DNA of 64,000 bases from Vicugna vicugna (Eukaryota): positions 248,001 through 312,000 of the forward strand of contig MU058791.1 of assembly GCA_013265495.1 (NCBI GenBank), in the 5' to 3' direction. The notes beneath the pieces are model-generated. The model was not told the origin of the DNA. It saw nothing but the letters and a program-made list of their open reading frames with translations, and made no database searches. A program made the position numbers and the translations under genes. Positions 25,050-37,295 of the stretch are shown in pieces. Positions within the stretch are counted from its first letter, which is position 1. Each line of letters starts with the position of its first letter.

Positions 25050-25505
25050 CATCTCTCAGAAAAACCCTCAAACCTGCCGAACGCTGGCCCACAGGCCCTG
25101 ATGCTCTGCCTGGATTTCCCAGACCCCCTCTTCCCTCCTTCCCAGAGCTCCAGACCCCCTGGCCACCTGCTCTGTACCAGCCCAGGGTCTTTCCCTGGTG
25201 GTTTCTTCCTTCTGGAAAATTCTTCTAGACAGGTTTACAGCCTTCTTCCTTGTTCTGTTTAGTTCTCAGCAAAGAGGCCTGCCTCGCCACCCCATCTAGA
25301 AATGTACATGCTGTTTTGGTTTTTCCTTCTTACCCTTTGCTTTATCTTTGTTTCCAGCTCTTAACGAACACCTGATGGATGTATTTGTTTATCATCTGCC
25401 TCGCTTCTCACTGACCGGGGAGCTTACCGGGGCAGAAGGTTCACTCCATCCACCTCCCACCCCTCAGACTGGTGCCGCATGCTCACTGGCTGCCTGCTGA
25501 CTGAG
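25050..25505 (+). mobile_element. L2 3' end
   Basis: caccccatctagaaat...tgtatttgtttatcatctgcctc...ctggtgccgcatgctcactggctgcctgctgactgagtgg. Confidence 0.55.
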
Positions 25506-27149
25506 TGGCCTGAGCTCCTCCCCCTCTGCTGGCTCACAGGTGTGGGACCTGCTCTCCAGGCAGCTGCAGGACTTGGGGAGGTTGGCCCCCACCCCTCACC
25601 GCCTCCAGGAAGCAGGGCCGCGGGCAGTGGTCAGCGACAGCGTGTGGTTCCAGTTTTCCTGAAGGCAGGGTTCCTCTCCGCAGGCTGGAGCTGACTGATG
25701 TTAAACTGTGCTTGTCCCCAGTGCCACTGAGGACGTACTGCTGAGTAGGTGTGAATGTGGCGTGCTCTCAGGCCATACACCTGGACTTCAGAGGGGATGG
25801 CAGTGGGGTGTTCCTTAACCAAAGACGGGGCTCAAGCACATTCATGGGCCAATACAGGGAGGTATTTTGGGGCAGGCAAGCCTTTTGGAACCTCAAGTCA
25901 CCCAGGCCGGCGGAGTCTCATTGTTTGCAGAGTTGACCCTGTTGTACCTTCCATAACTCTCAGAGGGGTGTGACCTTGAATGGTGCAGTGTCAGGGGAAG
26001 AGAGTTTTGGGGTTTCTAATGGAGGCATCTGCCCTGCATGAGGCGAGAGACGTGAGCTTCTCAGTCCTATTGGGAGAAACCAAGCAGAGAGGACCAGTGG
26101 CCTCACTGGGCATTGAAACATTCAGGTCACTGTTCCCATCATTTGAGACTTGGCGAGGACTGGTAGGGGGCAGAGAAGCCCCTCCATTCCTTTCCATCGT
26201 GTCTATGATGGGTCATAACCTCCACGGCCAAGTAATTGAGAAAAGTCCAACGAAGAGTATCCCCATGCTTCTAGCCTTTATTTTTCGTACAGAGGTATCT
26301 CAGAGGATGCTCTTTGTTTTGTGGGTAGCCACCAGGCACATGTACTCTTGTTTTCCACCAGAGACAATGTCATCATCAGCCCCTCGCAACAAGTCGATTA
26401 GTTTCGTGCGTGCATGGTTGAATGGCAAATCAAGCTTTCCAGCAAGGCATTAGTGCCTACGGACGGACGGATGAACATTTCCCCTTTTTTTTCCAGCTGG
26501 GACAACATCAATGTGATTATGCTGCAGGAAATGGGAGAACTTGTCAATTGCACTTGAAGATTAAGTTGGTTCCATTCATTGGGAAATGGCGAATGGAGTG
26601 TGTGGGCAGTTTAGAAAGAGAAGGGATCTTCTCTGAGGGAGGGGAGGGGAACACAAGGGTCCGTCTTGAGTCAACTGAGTTTTTATACTTTTGAAAGGAA
26701 TGGAAATTATTATGTAGAATTCTAAGACAGAAAGGCAATTGGGGGGGTGGCTAATTTAAAAACATGGAGGAGTGGCTTAGGAACATTGGGAAAGTCTGAA
26801 TTAAAAATTCTTCCCTCCTCCTTAATGGAGAGTGGTGGGTTTCCAGAAGTGGCAGGGAGGAGAGCTTTCTGCCTCAGCCCTTGGGATTGAAATGGGCAAA
26901 CACTGTCAGAAACTTACAAGGAAGCCAGAGTTACTGCGGTTTTATTCACAGGTTCTCTGGTTAAGAAAGTTTCAGTGATTTTAACATATCATAGCCCAGG
27001 TCACCACTGACGCAGTGTGGGTGAGAATTTGGATAATTTTTGGTGGGGAGAAATACAGTGAGAAAAACCTCTGCACCCCACTCAGCCTTCTTACGCTCCC
27101 TGAATTATGAAATTAACTCCACCTGAGGAGGTGGCATAGTTTTAAGCTT

Positions 27150-27300
27150 AAAAAAGCGTGACTCTGACGTCAAACCAAAGTTGGGATGTCAGTTTATTAC
27201 CTGGTTAGCAAAAAGGCTAACCTCTTGGAACTTCCGTTTTCTCAGCAGTGGAGTGGGTACAGTGTTGTCATGCAGGGTTATTGGTAGGAATAGAAAACCA
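27150..27300 (+). mobile_element. MIR fragment
   Basis: gactctgacgtcaaacc...aacctcttggaacttccgttttctcagc. Confidence 0.5.
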
Positions 27301-28123
27301 TCGGCAAATAGTTTTTATCGTAAGCTTTTAATCAGGCTTCACTAAGCAGTACAGAGGAGGAGGATGTTGATAATGGTGGTGGCAGTGATTATCTAGGTTA
27401 GGGAAGCTTCATTCGCACAGTAATCTGTCTGGGGAAGGGGAAGTTACTCTCAATGCTGAACTTTGTAATACACAGAAGCGCTGAATAACTTGCATCTTGA
27501 CCAAGTTCTGTCTCCAACCTCATGTACGGATCTGTCCAGTTGCAGCTCAGAGATGGGAAGATAAATGGACCATTTCGTCTGGGTAGTGTTGGGGGCTGCA
27601 GCCAGTTGGGAACAATCACTGAAGTAAAAAGAAAGAGAAGGGAATTTTCAAGGGGAAATGTAGAGATTGATTTTGTGTCAGTCAGGGATGTAAGTAGGGA
27701 AACATTTGCCTTAAATGAATTTCCTGCATGGGAAAGCCATATCATATCATTTTGACAGGGAGGATGCTCACCTGGTTGTGTTCAAAATGATGTAAAAAAG
27801 CACAAAGAATTACCTACGACACATTGGATCGGACTGAGAATATTAATCAGCTCTGTTTTGTGCTCTATTTATTCAAAACCCCATGTCTCCTTCCTGCCCG
27901 CTGCATGAAGTGACACCATTCCATCTGACGCTCGCGATGTCCACGGTGTGACTGTTAGCTACCTTCTCAGTGGCGACATTTCATCCATCCCGTACGCCTG
28001 GGTTTGTATCCTGGCACCTGCAGTCACTGGCTTTGAGATTCGGACAAGTCCTTGAACCTCGATAAGTTCAATTTCTGAATCTGTAAAATTAGATCTGTAA
28101 CTCTAATAACGAAGATTTCTGTT

Positions 28124-28577
28124 TGTATTAGTTCCCTTTTGCCGTCGTGACAAATTACCACACATTTAGTGGCTTAAAGCAGAACAAATCTATTATCTTC
28201 CAGTTCTGGTTAGAAGCTCCGAAGTGGGTCTTACAGGGCTGAAATAAAAATGTTGCAGGGCTGCGTTCTTTCTGGAGGGTCTTGGGGAAAACCTGCTCTC
28301 TGTCCTTCTGAGCTGTGGAGTCTCATCTGTGTTCTCCCGCTTGTGACCCCCTTCTGCAACATGTCACTCTGACCCCTGCTTCTGGAGTGCCATCTCTTTC
28401 TCTGATTCTGACCCTCCTGCTTTCCTCTTATAAGGCACCCTCCTGGATAATCCAGGGTACCCTCCCCATTTGAAGACCCTAATCACAGCTGCAGAGTCTC
28501 ATTCACTGTGAAGCTGATGTTCACAGGTTCCAGGTATTAGGACGTGGACATCTTTGGGGCCATTATTCTACCTACCA
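28124..28577 (-). mobile_element. MLT1C/D-like MaLR solo LTR
   Basis: tgtattagttccc...acaaattaccacacatttagtggcttaaa...gtattaggacgtggacatctttggggccattattctacctacca. Confidence 0.9.
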
Positions 28578-29317
28578 AAGGTTGCTGCAGACTTGTGAGT
28601 AGAAGTGGTGTGTTTTACAACTTTATACACACGTGCACACATATAATATGTCCTTTGCACTGTGCTCTGCACAGTAAATGACCCTCTGCTGGCACATCCC
28701 CCTCACGTGCATGTCGTCTGCCATATTGTTCTGCTTTTGTCCAGTTGCCTTTCTGGACCTCCCTCCGTCTTCCCTGATACCTCCTGAAACATACTCATCC
28801 TTCAGGGCTCATTTCCAATCCCCCTTCCCCCAGAATGAGCTTCCGAGTGTTATATATAAATGCTGTCAATGAAGAAGAGGTTTTTTTTCCAAGGAGCTAT
28901 TGAATTTCTGCATTATTGAAGGTGTCCAGACTAACGGTGAGCCAAGTTGAGAGGACTGAGTCACCAGTTCACACCAGTCTTCTTTAGGCAGGTTATCCAT
29001 CCAGCATGAGGGCGAACTTGGCTCTGTAATGGGATTGGTACTGACATTTTGTCAATAGGGTATATAGCTGGTTGGTTGGTCCAACCAGAACATCTAGTAC
29101 AAGGCTTTAATTAGCTGGCTAGTCATTTTGCATAGATGATTATTGATTATTCTCTATTTCCCCCAAATTTTCTCTGCCTTGTTAAATAGCTTTTAATGGA
29201 AAAACAGTGCCCGTACATAGTAAAATGGTCAAAAGTAAGTCTCCCAACCAGCCTCATTCTTAGGCCTCTCCCTGGAGGCAGCACCGTCACTTGTTTTGTA
29301 TCTGTTTTCTGAGAGAT

Positions 29318-29371
29318 TGTGTATGTGTGTGTGTGTGTGTGTGTGTCTGTGTGTCTGTGTCTCTGTGTGTG
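29318..29371. repeat. (GT)n/(GTCT) microsatellite
   Basis: gtgtatgtgtgtgtgtgtgtgtgtgtgtctgtgtgtctgtgtctctgtgtgt. Confidence 0.9.
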
Positions 29372-29552
29372 TTCTGCAAGCGGGAACGCAGTAGACACTT
29401 TGCTTGGCACCTTTATTTTTTCACTTAACAGCGTATCTTGGGGATAGCACGACATTAGCGCACATAAATCTGCTTAATTATTTTCAACGACTGCATACTA
29501 TTCCATTGTGTTTTTCAGTTGTAATACTTAATCAGCTCCCTATTGACACACA

Positions 29553-30170
29553 CAGGCAGGCCTCATTTTGTTGCACTTCGCTTTTTGGCACTTACAGATA
29601 CTGCCTTTTTTATGAGTTGAAGGTTTGTGGCAGCCCTGCGTTGACCAAGTCCGTTGGTACCATTCTTCCAACAGCATTCGCTCGCTCCACGTCTTTGCAT
29701 CACATTTTGGGAATTCTCGCAACATTTCAAACGTTTCCACTGTTACTATGTTTGTTATGGTGATCTGTGATCAGTGATCTTTGATGTTACTATTATTGAC
29801 TGGCTGAAGGCTCGGACGAGGGTTAGCATTTTTTAGCAATAAAGTATCTTGCAATTGAGGGATGCATATTGTTTTTTAAGACACGATGCAGGGGAGGGTG
29901 TAGCTCAGTGGCAGAGCATGTGCTTAGCATGCACGAGGTCCTGAGTTCAATCCCTTGGACCTCCATTAAATAAATAAATAACCTAAATACTCCCCTCCCC
30001 TTCCCCCCCCCCACCAAAGGCCTAATGCTCTTGCACACTGAATAGACTCCAGGACAGTGTAAACACAACTTTTGTACACACTGGGAAATCAGAAAAAAAA
30101 AATCATCTGACTTGCTTTATTGCAGTATTCCGTTCATTACCCAATCTGTGATATCTCCGAGGTGTGTCAG
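29553..30170 (+). mobile_element. Tigger1 internal-deletion derivative, second copy
   Basis: caggcaggcctcattttgttgcacttcg...gaaggtttgtggcagccctgcg...atatctccgaggtgtgtcag|TA; homologous to 4312-4809. Confidence 0.9.
29890..30016 (+). mobile_element. Camelid tRNA-Ala-derived SINE (vic-1-type)
   Basis: ggggagggtgtagctcagtggcagagcatgtgcttAGCatgcacgaggtcctgagttcaatcc...ctcca, then (taaa)n and a C-rich tail. Degenerate 12-bp TSD aagacacgatgc (29878-29889) / aaggcctaatgc (30017-30028). Confidence 0.9.
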
Positions 30171-33100
30171 TATTTAGGGTATTTCTAATGTTTTGCTATT
30201 TAAAACTTTTATTTTATTTTTTACCAGATTGTAACAGGCCTTCTATTTTCTTTCTGTAGATATAGCCAAGTGTCCCTTTAATGTAGTAATTATTATGCTG
30301 TGAAGGACTCTATTTTTTTACTTGAAAGACTAATTAAAGAGCACCTTGATGTGTGAGTTTGGCTAGTTTGGAGCTTCAGAGCGTTTCCCTTCAAGTTACC
30401 TGTTGATACATCTCCCCTGAACAAGAATTAAAATAAGCTTAAAAGTGCTTGAAGTTGGAGCCCACCAGGGGGTCCCAGTGAGTAGAAATGGCCATGTGAG
30501 GGCTGGCCAGCTGGGACTGACCATGAATACCCACCCCAGCTTTGGGGTTAAGGTTTTGCTCACCACTTGACCATGGTGTCCCCCAGCCCCTCCAGAGGCT
30601 GTATATTTGGCATCAGGAGGACGCTGGAGCTTCGTAGCAGTCGCAGGAGAAGGGACATGGATGTCGCTAGGTCTGGCTTCCCTGCTATTAGGAACAGGAC
30701 TGAGACAGGACAGGCCACCCCTGGAGGGAGGTCTGTGAAGGCCGCTGATCTAGGAGGTCTGCTCCAATGACAGAGGAAGCTGGGAATATAGTGGCAGTTC
30801 TAGTTTCATCCAAATCATTACCCCTCTCATCCTAGTTGTTGCCAGTGTATTCTTGCAACAAAGGCATATATGGCCCACAAGGACACTTTATGTGCCTCTT
30901 AGTGTTGCTGGCTGGCCCTTTAGCTGTGGCTCCAAGGAGACGCTGTAACCCCAGAAGAACTGAATCTTTTATTCTGCCTTCACCTCCAGAAACCAGGCTT
31001 CCATGAATACTCCCTGGTGATGTGCTAAGAAAAAATGACTGACTCACGCAGGTTCCCAGTAAACCTTTCACAAGTGACTGGAGAGGAGCAGAGATGAAAT
31101 ACAGGACCGCGGTGGAGAAGTGAAGGGGAAATTTGTGCTATTAAATGAAGCGTGTTTTTCAGAATCCGGCAGGATGTATTCATTTGGAATTTATTTCTCT
31201 TCCGCATTTGGATCGGTGAAGCAATTAGTGGTAATGATTTAGCACCAGAGAAAAGCCTTAAGAAACCCAAGATGTCACCCACAGTGACGGGGCTGGAGTT
31301 CTGAAGCCTTCCCCTGTGATAGGCATTGTCATAACCTGCTCCAGTGGTTTTAGACACCGCGATGTACTTGGAGTGAGAATTGATCCAGGCTACAGGCTGG
31401 CGAATCAGATGAGTGTTTAAGAACGTTTCATCATGGTTCTCGGAGATGTTCTGGAAGGTGGCTACTCATCATGGAATTTACCAGCTGAAGAGGAAGAGGA
31501 GTTTTCTGAGTGGAAAAGGATAGCTATTTTTAGTGGGAGCCTTCCAATTCCTATGTGTCACTTCCTAGAATTAAGGAGATGTCTCTGATTTGAACTGGTT
31601 GGTGAGACTCAGGTCCGTATTAATGAAGGCCTGAGACTGTTTTTTAAAAGAAATTTTCTGTTACTTTTAGTTCAAGCATCAACACAAACTAACATCACTT
31701 ACTATGTCATTGCCAAGTAGAGATTTGTTTGAGAAGACACACTTTAAATAATAGAAGCCATACCTAAATGGGATGCCAGTTTTCACACACATATTTGTTC
31801 TTGAAGTGCGTAAAAGGACGACTTTCTTTTTTGCTTTGTTTGGTTGTCAGAGTTTTATTCATATTGGACGTAGCTTTCTTTAGGTCAGTGGGCTGAATTA
31901 GTACAAAATGTCATTAGTGGTATATGAATTAGTGAAGATATGTAAGTGATGATTCCACCAGAAAGAGTTAATGCCACTTCTAAAATGGCTTAATTTCCAC
32001 CTGGAGAGTTTCTTAGACCCTGAGACTGTCTGGTTCCATGACTGTTTTTATCCATTTGGGTTTTCTGGGGTCAGTATGACTACCATTGGAGTTAGCAGAC
32101 AGGTTTTCCTATTTTAAGAATCGATTCTGCTCTGGAACAATAGGTCTCAAAGGCATCTGTCTGTTTCTTTATTGTCTGAAGCCAAATATTACCAACTTCA
32201 TTTTCTGCTGCTTAAGTCTTTTTCATTTTTCCCCCCATCAGCCTTGAATATTGTCCTGGCCTGACATTGGGGAAAATAGTAGGCTTAGTGGAAAAGAACA
32301 TTTTAATTTACGGTCCAAGGCCTGGGGTAACCTCTGTCTCTCCAATTGCACGTCGCAGTAACAGCAGTAGGCTAGAGGCGATGTTAATAAAGTTATTAAC
32401 ACAATCAGTCTGATTTGTATGTGGAATCATTCAGAAGCATGGGAAGGCAATGACCAATAATAGCTGACCCTAAGCTAAGAGGGCAGAGCTTTCAGCACCG
32501 TCTGATTATCTCTTGGTCTAATTTGGGATTGATATAATTTTACCAAGTGACTGGTTTAGTGTGCTGTCTTGAATCAGAGAGACAGCTCTGGAATTCCTGA
32601 TTCTGGTTGAAAATCAGAGACATCTTTTTGAGGTTTCTCCAGTTTAATCGAACGGACATTTAGGGAGCACAGAAAGTGTGCCGATCGCAGCAGGTCGTTG
32701 GAGACAAGTGTGTGTCCGTTTGTGACGAAAACAAACAAAGAGTTTGTTTTAAAACTGCATGTGCTTAGAGGGGCCAGCACATCAGCTCCTCTTTTTGGAC
32801 CAATATTCGTTCTTAACAACGGCAGGTTAAAGATCACAGAAATCCAGAAGGCAGACTCCTTAGATTCTTGTTGCTTTTGATGATCGTAAGTGATAGTGAG
32901 TAGGTGTGTTACCCAGCGTATCTCTGGGCGTGGCTTAGCTCTGAGTTCCAGTCCCAATATACAGCATGAGATCTGGAGGTAAGGGTCTCTGAATGGCTCT
33001 AGGGATTCTCTTAACAATTGGAAGGTGAGTGTTTAGCTGTAATTCACAAAACCTGTAAATGTCTGTTTTTAGCCAAGACATCCTCAGTGCACATGGATTT

Positions 33101-34479
33101 TGTGCTGCTTTTTCAGGGAACTCAGGAATTCCTGGAGCCCGGTCCCACTTTGCTTGCCCTTCCGTTGGTAAGTTGGAGTTCAAATCATTTCACTCATGGA
33201 GGACGGAGTAGGGGGGGCACCCCCTCCTGTGGGCTTCTTGCCGGACGGGCGGGCGTAGTCTGTGTTGTGGGGAGTTTCCTTTACCACACCAGGTTTCCAT
33301 TCTTACAACTGACTAGATAAAGCAAAAACATAACAGCCTTTTTCAGGCCATCGTTTATGAAGTTAGAAGCAAAAGTCATTGTTTAGAATATACAATATAG
33401 AAAATGTGACATTTCCCTTGAGTCTTGGAAATTCGGCTCTCAAAAGATTGTTTGTTTTCTCCTGGACGCCTGGCTTACAATCAGAGGAAGGTGCCTCCGG
33501 CTGGTGATTTGATTTGCTTTGAAATGTGGAAGGAAAGGGGGAAGGATTCGGCTTTTGTAATTTGGATGGCTTATCTTCAGGAGATGAAAATATTTAACAT
33601 TTCAAGAAGAATTTTTTGTTTGATTTTTTTTTTTTTTTTTTAGTATTTCATCATAGAGATTTAATTTAGATGGAAACTGTGCGTTTTTAAAAATGGAGTA
33701 GTTTTCTGTAAAAAGCACATAAATATCTTGTCTCAACTTGAAAAAAATTCTATTTTCAAAGCACTAGAATTTTTATTTTCCTGTGATTATTCATTTTCTA
33801 AAGTCCTTTTATCCATCTAAAAATCTCCCCTCTCTTTTTTCCTACCAAATTTTACTTATTTAACCAGGATGATGGTTTCTGGGGAGAAATATCCTGTCAT
33901 AAATTCACAAATAGTAATCTCAGGATTATCCAACTGTAGAAGATTACTTAAGCATTCAGGCACGTAAGTGTACGGTTTAAAATATATCTGGAAAGACTCA
34001 AAGAATTTGTATGTTTCAAGAGAAACCTTTGAGGATTTTTCTGCATAAGCTTGCATAGAAATTTAGAAAAATACATTAGAAAGGGAGAAAGAGACAGTAT
34101 TATTTTACTGTACATTCATTGGAGTGTATCACTTACTTTGTGAATTTACAACACGGGGAGAACCCAAGGAGAGCCCTCAGATAATGATGCTCATCAAACC
34201 TGCCTTGGGCATCAGTTGGTGCCAAATAGTCTTAGGAGTAGAGTCACAGAAAAGAATGACTTAGGACTTCTCTCATGCAGGCAAGCTCACAAAGGACCAC
34301 AATGGCGTGTGTAAGTAGGGTAGTGAAGGTGGAAGCCAAGCCTGTGAGCCTGAGAACGTGGGCCTCGTTCTCTCTCATGGAAGACAACTGAGAAAGCCTT
34401 CAAAGCTAGGGAAGTATATCAGCTAGATCCTTTAAAAATAAAAATGGAATTTTGCCAAACAGTGAGAAAAAGGAATGGC

Positions 34480-35530
34480 ATTCAAGGAAGGGGGGGAGGT
34501 GGGCAGACTTGAATCAAGGCCAGTGGTGTGAAGGGTATGGGTGTATCTGGGAAATGCTAGCTGACCTCTGTGGTCGGCAGAGGCGATGTGTGTGTGGTGG
34601 GGCGTGTTCGTGTTGGGGATGGTGGCTCTCGTGGCAGGTGGGCCTGCAAAGTTGGGGTCAGGCTGGGGAGAGCTTTGAATGCCACAGTTAACTTGCAAAG
34701 GAGTTTAAACTTTATCCTGTGTAGACTTAAGACCTCAAAGTTTTAAGTAAGGAAGCCACCGAATCACATCTTTGCTTTGGAAAAGTAATTCCAGTAGCAG
34801 ATAGGAGATAGTGGGTGGGAGGTAGACTTGCTGGGGCCAGAGGGGCCAGGAGAGAGTCCTAGAAGCTGTCCTGAGTGAAATAACTGGAACCTGAAGCAGA
34901 GCAGTGACGTCAGAATGGAGGAGCACTCAGACGTCTGTGGGAGAAGGTGGGCATCCTTCTACTCTGCCACCTTGAAGCAGGTCCTTTCAGGAAGATTTCC
35001 AGGTGGGCATCTGAATCTTTTTAGCAGAAGACCTGAATGTATTTGGTGATGGAAATGGGGTGGGGGGGTGGAGAGAAAGAGAGAGAGAAATGAGATAGGG
35101 TTCTAGAGCTGGGTTCCTGAATCCACAGAAGTAAGAGTATACAGGAGAAAGAAGTTTTGGGATGAAAATACTGGTTTTTTACTTTGGTTATGGTGTTCTT
35201 GAGAGGCTGGCCAGGGGATTCAGCTGGAGAGGTGAGATTTTTGTGCATGAAATGAGGGAGGTTAAAATTAAATAAAAGTTAAGGGGCCATGAGGAGATGG
35301 GTGGTGTTGGAAACTGGAAACACAGATTTTCAGTGGGAAGGAGGAGCAGAGAATAGGATGAAGAAGGGGTGAAACCTCAGGGACCACTGACGTGTGATGG
35401 GAAGAAGGGAGCAGGTGGAGAGAAGCTGGATGTAAAGGTGGAAGGAGAGAACTGTCGTAGAACCAAGAAGAGGGGCGTTTTAGGAAGGAGACCCAGGCCA
35501 TCAGGTCACACAAAAAGACCGGTAGGATGA
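34480..35530 (-). mobile_element. L2 fragment
   Basis: gagctttgaatgcc...ggagtttaaactttatcctg...aaagtaattccagtagcag...gggttcctga. Confidence 0.65.
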
Positions 35531-35973
35531 GCAGCAAGACACTGGATTTAGCACTGGGGACCCCCTCCTCACTCCCCCTCCCCAGGGACCCAGCCCTCAG
35601 GTTCCAGTCTAGCTGTGAGGAGGGGAGAAGTCAGATGGCGGAGGGGGTTGGGGGTGCCAGGCAGGAGCAAGCGCCACCGCACAGACGGCAGTTTCAAGAG
35701 GCAAGTGTGATTCACTCTGGCTGGCAGGCTCTGCCGTTCAGTTTTAAATGCACAGAGCTCGCATTTTACAGCTCATGGGGTGCAGCCTGCTTTGCCCTCC
35801 CTGTATTTTTAAAACTCGGTGACTCTCTGTCCCTGCCAGCTTCCTAGGAATTTACTTCCTTGGGTTGTCTGGAGGCTTCCTGGCTCTCAGATCATTTTTC
35901 TTGCTACCTTCCCTCCTGCTACCAACCCCCTCCCAGCCTTCCTCTCCACCCCGGCCTCCCTCCCACTCCCCGC

Positions 35974-35998
35974 CACACACACACACACACACACACAC
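35974..35998. repeat. (CA)12 microsatellite
   Basis: cacacacacacacacacacacacac. Confidence 0.95.
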
Positions 35999-36639
35999 TC
36001 ACTTTTTTGTGTAATTACATAGAAAGTGCCCTGAACTCTTCATTCATGAGTTTCTGCGTCTGATGTTTTTAATTAGCTTTCTTGGAAGAGGGGGGATGTC
36101 TTCCAGTGATTTCTGTTTACTGCAGGAACAATAACAGTTAACGCTAACCTTATACCCCCCCCCAAGGGGACCGGAGAGCTCTGTCTTTGGAAAGCTTAAA
36201 GCCAGGATAAGTGCACGTTGTTTGGCTCAAGGAGGAAGCAAGGTGGATTTGCACTCTCGGGGAGGGATGACCGCTCCCCAGAGGCAATGTCTGACCCTCC
36301 CTTACTGTCACCTTCCACGCTGTGCATCAGCCAGCACAGTGCCTTGAAGAGCACCTGGGAAGGTGAGGAAACCTCTGTTTTCTTTGCAGAAGCTCAGTGT
36401 CTGTAAAACAGAGATGACGGTGACTTCTTGTATACTTCTGAGGTTGCTGTAAGAACTGGATTTGTTGATTCAGGCCAGAGCACTTTGTAAATGTCAAGTG
36501 GTGCGCGACCTCCGGGGCCCTCCAGTCACTCATCTGATTTCTTTCTCCTTTAGGGAACTAATGACTGAAAACGTTTATCAGATTTTTCCAACATGTCCAC
36601 CTCCAGACAATGCCGTTGAATAGAACCAGACAGACTTTT

Positions 36640-37295
36640 ATTTTTATTCATTTATATGTATTTTTTAATGGTGGTACAATATACCTAATGTAAAATGTAC
36701 TGTTTCAAACCATTTTTAAGTGTGCAATTCAGGGGCATTAGTGCATTCACACAGTTGTGTATCCATTACCTTTGTTCACCTCCCAAGGAACTTTCTCATC
36801 TCCCTAGACGGAAACTGTGTCCCTGTCACTCCCCCATTCCCTCCTCCCCGAGCCCCGGGCACCCACCCTTCTACTGTGTGTCTCGATGAATTTGACTGTG
36901 CTAGTGTCTCATAGAAGTGGACGGGGGAAGGATGTATATCACGGTAGTAGGGTGCACAAGGTCCTGGGTTCATTCCCCAGGACCTCCAATTAAATAAGCA
37001 AACAAATAAATAAATAAACCTAGCCCCCCCCCCAGATAAATTGTCATACAAGTGGAATTGTATAGTATTTATCTCTTGATTGTGGCCGATTTCATGGAGC
37101 ATAATGTCTTCTTCAAGGTTCACCCGGCTTGTAGCCTGTGTCAGAATTCCATTCCTTTTTATGCTGAGTAATGTTTCGTTGTATGTTTTGACCACATTTT
37201 GTTTATCCTTTCATCCGTCGGTGGATATCCACATTGTCCCCACATTTTGGCTGTTGTGAATAACGTTGCCATGGACACGGGTGTGCAAGTACTGA
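36640..37295 (-). mobile_element. L1MB-like 3' end
   Basis: accatttttaagtgtgcaattcaggggcattagtgcattcac...aaggttcacccggcttgtagcctgtgtcagaattccattcctttttatgctgagt...gctgttgtgaataacgttgccatggac. Confidence 0.85.
36922..37043 (+). mobile_element. Camelid tRNA-derived SINE (degenerate head) nested in L1MB
   Basis: gcacaaggtcctgggttcattccccaggacctcc, then (aaat)n and a C tail. TSD tcatagaagtgga (36909-36921) / tcatacaagtgga (37044-37056). Confidence 0.85.

Larger units (their letters stand above)
29170..30215 (-). mobile_element. Old L1ME-like fragment interrupted by Tigger1a
   Basis: tttcacttaacagcgtatcttggg...ctgcatactattccattgtg...tccctattga, resuming after the Tigger as tatttagggtatttctaatgttttgctatt. 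Confidence 0.6.

Noticed and set aside
29891-29965. Apparent tRNA-Ala(AGC) gene
   Set aside because: It has a broken T-stem and acceptor stem, an A/C-rich tail and a TSD, so it is a SINE head.
25520-30475. Weaker CTCF-like motifs (25520 minus, 28683 minus, 30462 plus)
   Set aside because: All lack the near-invariant C of the GGC core.
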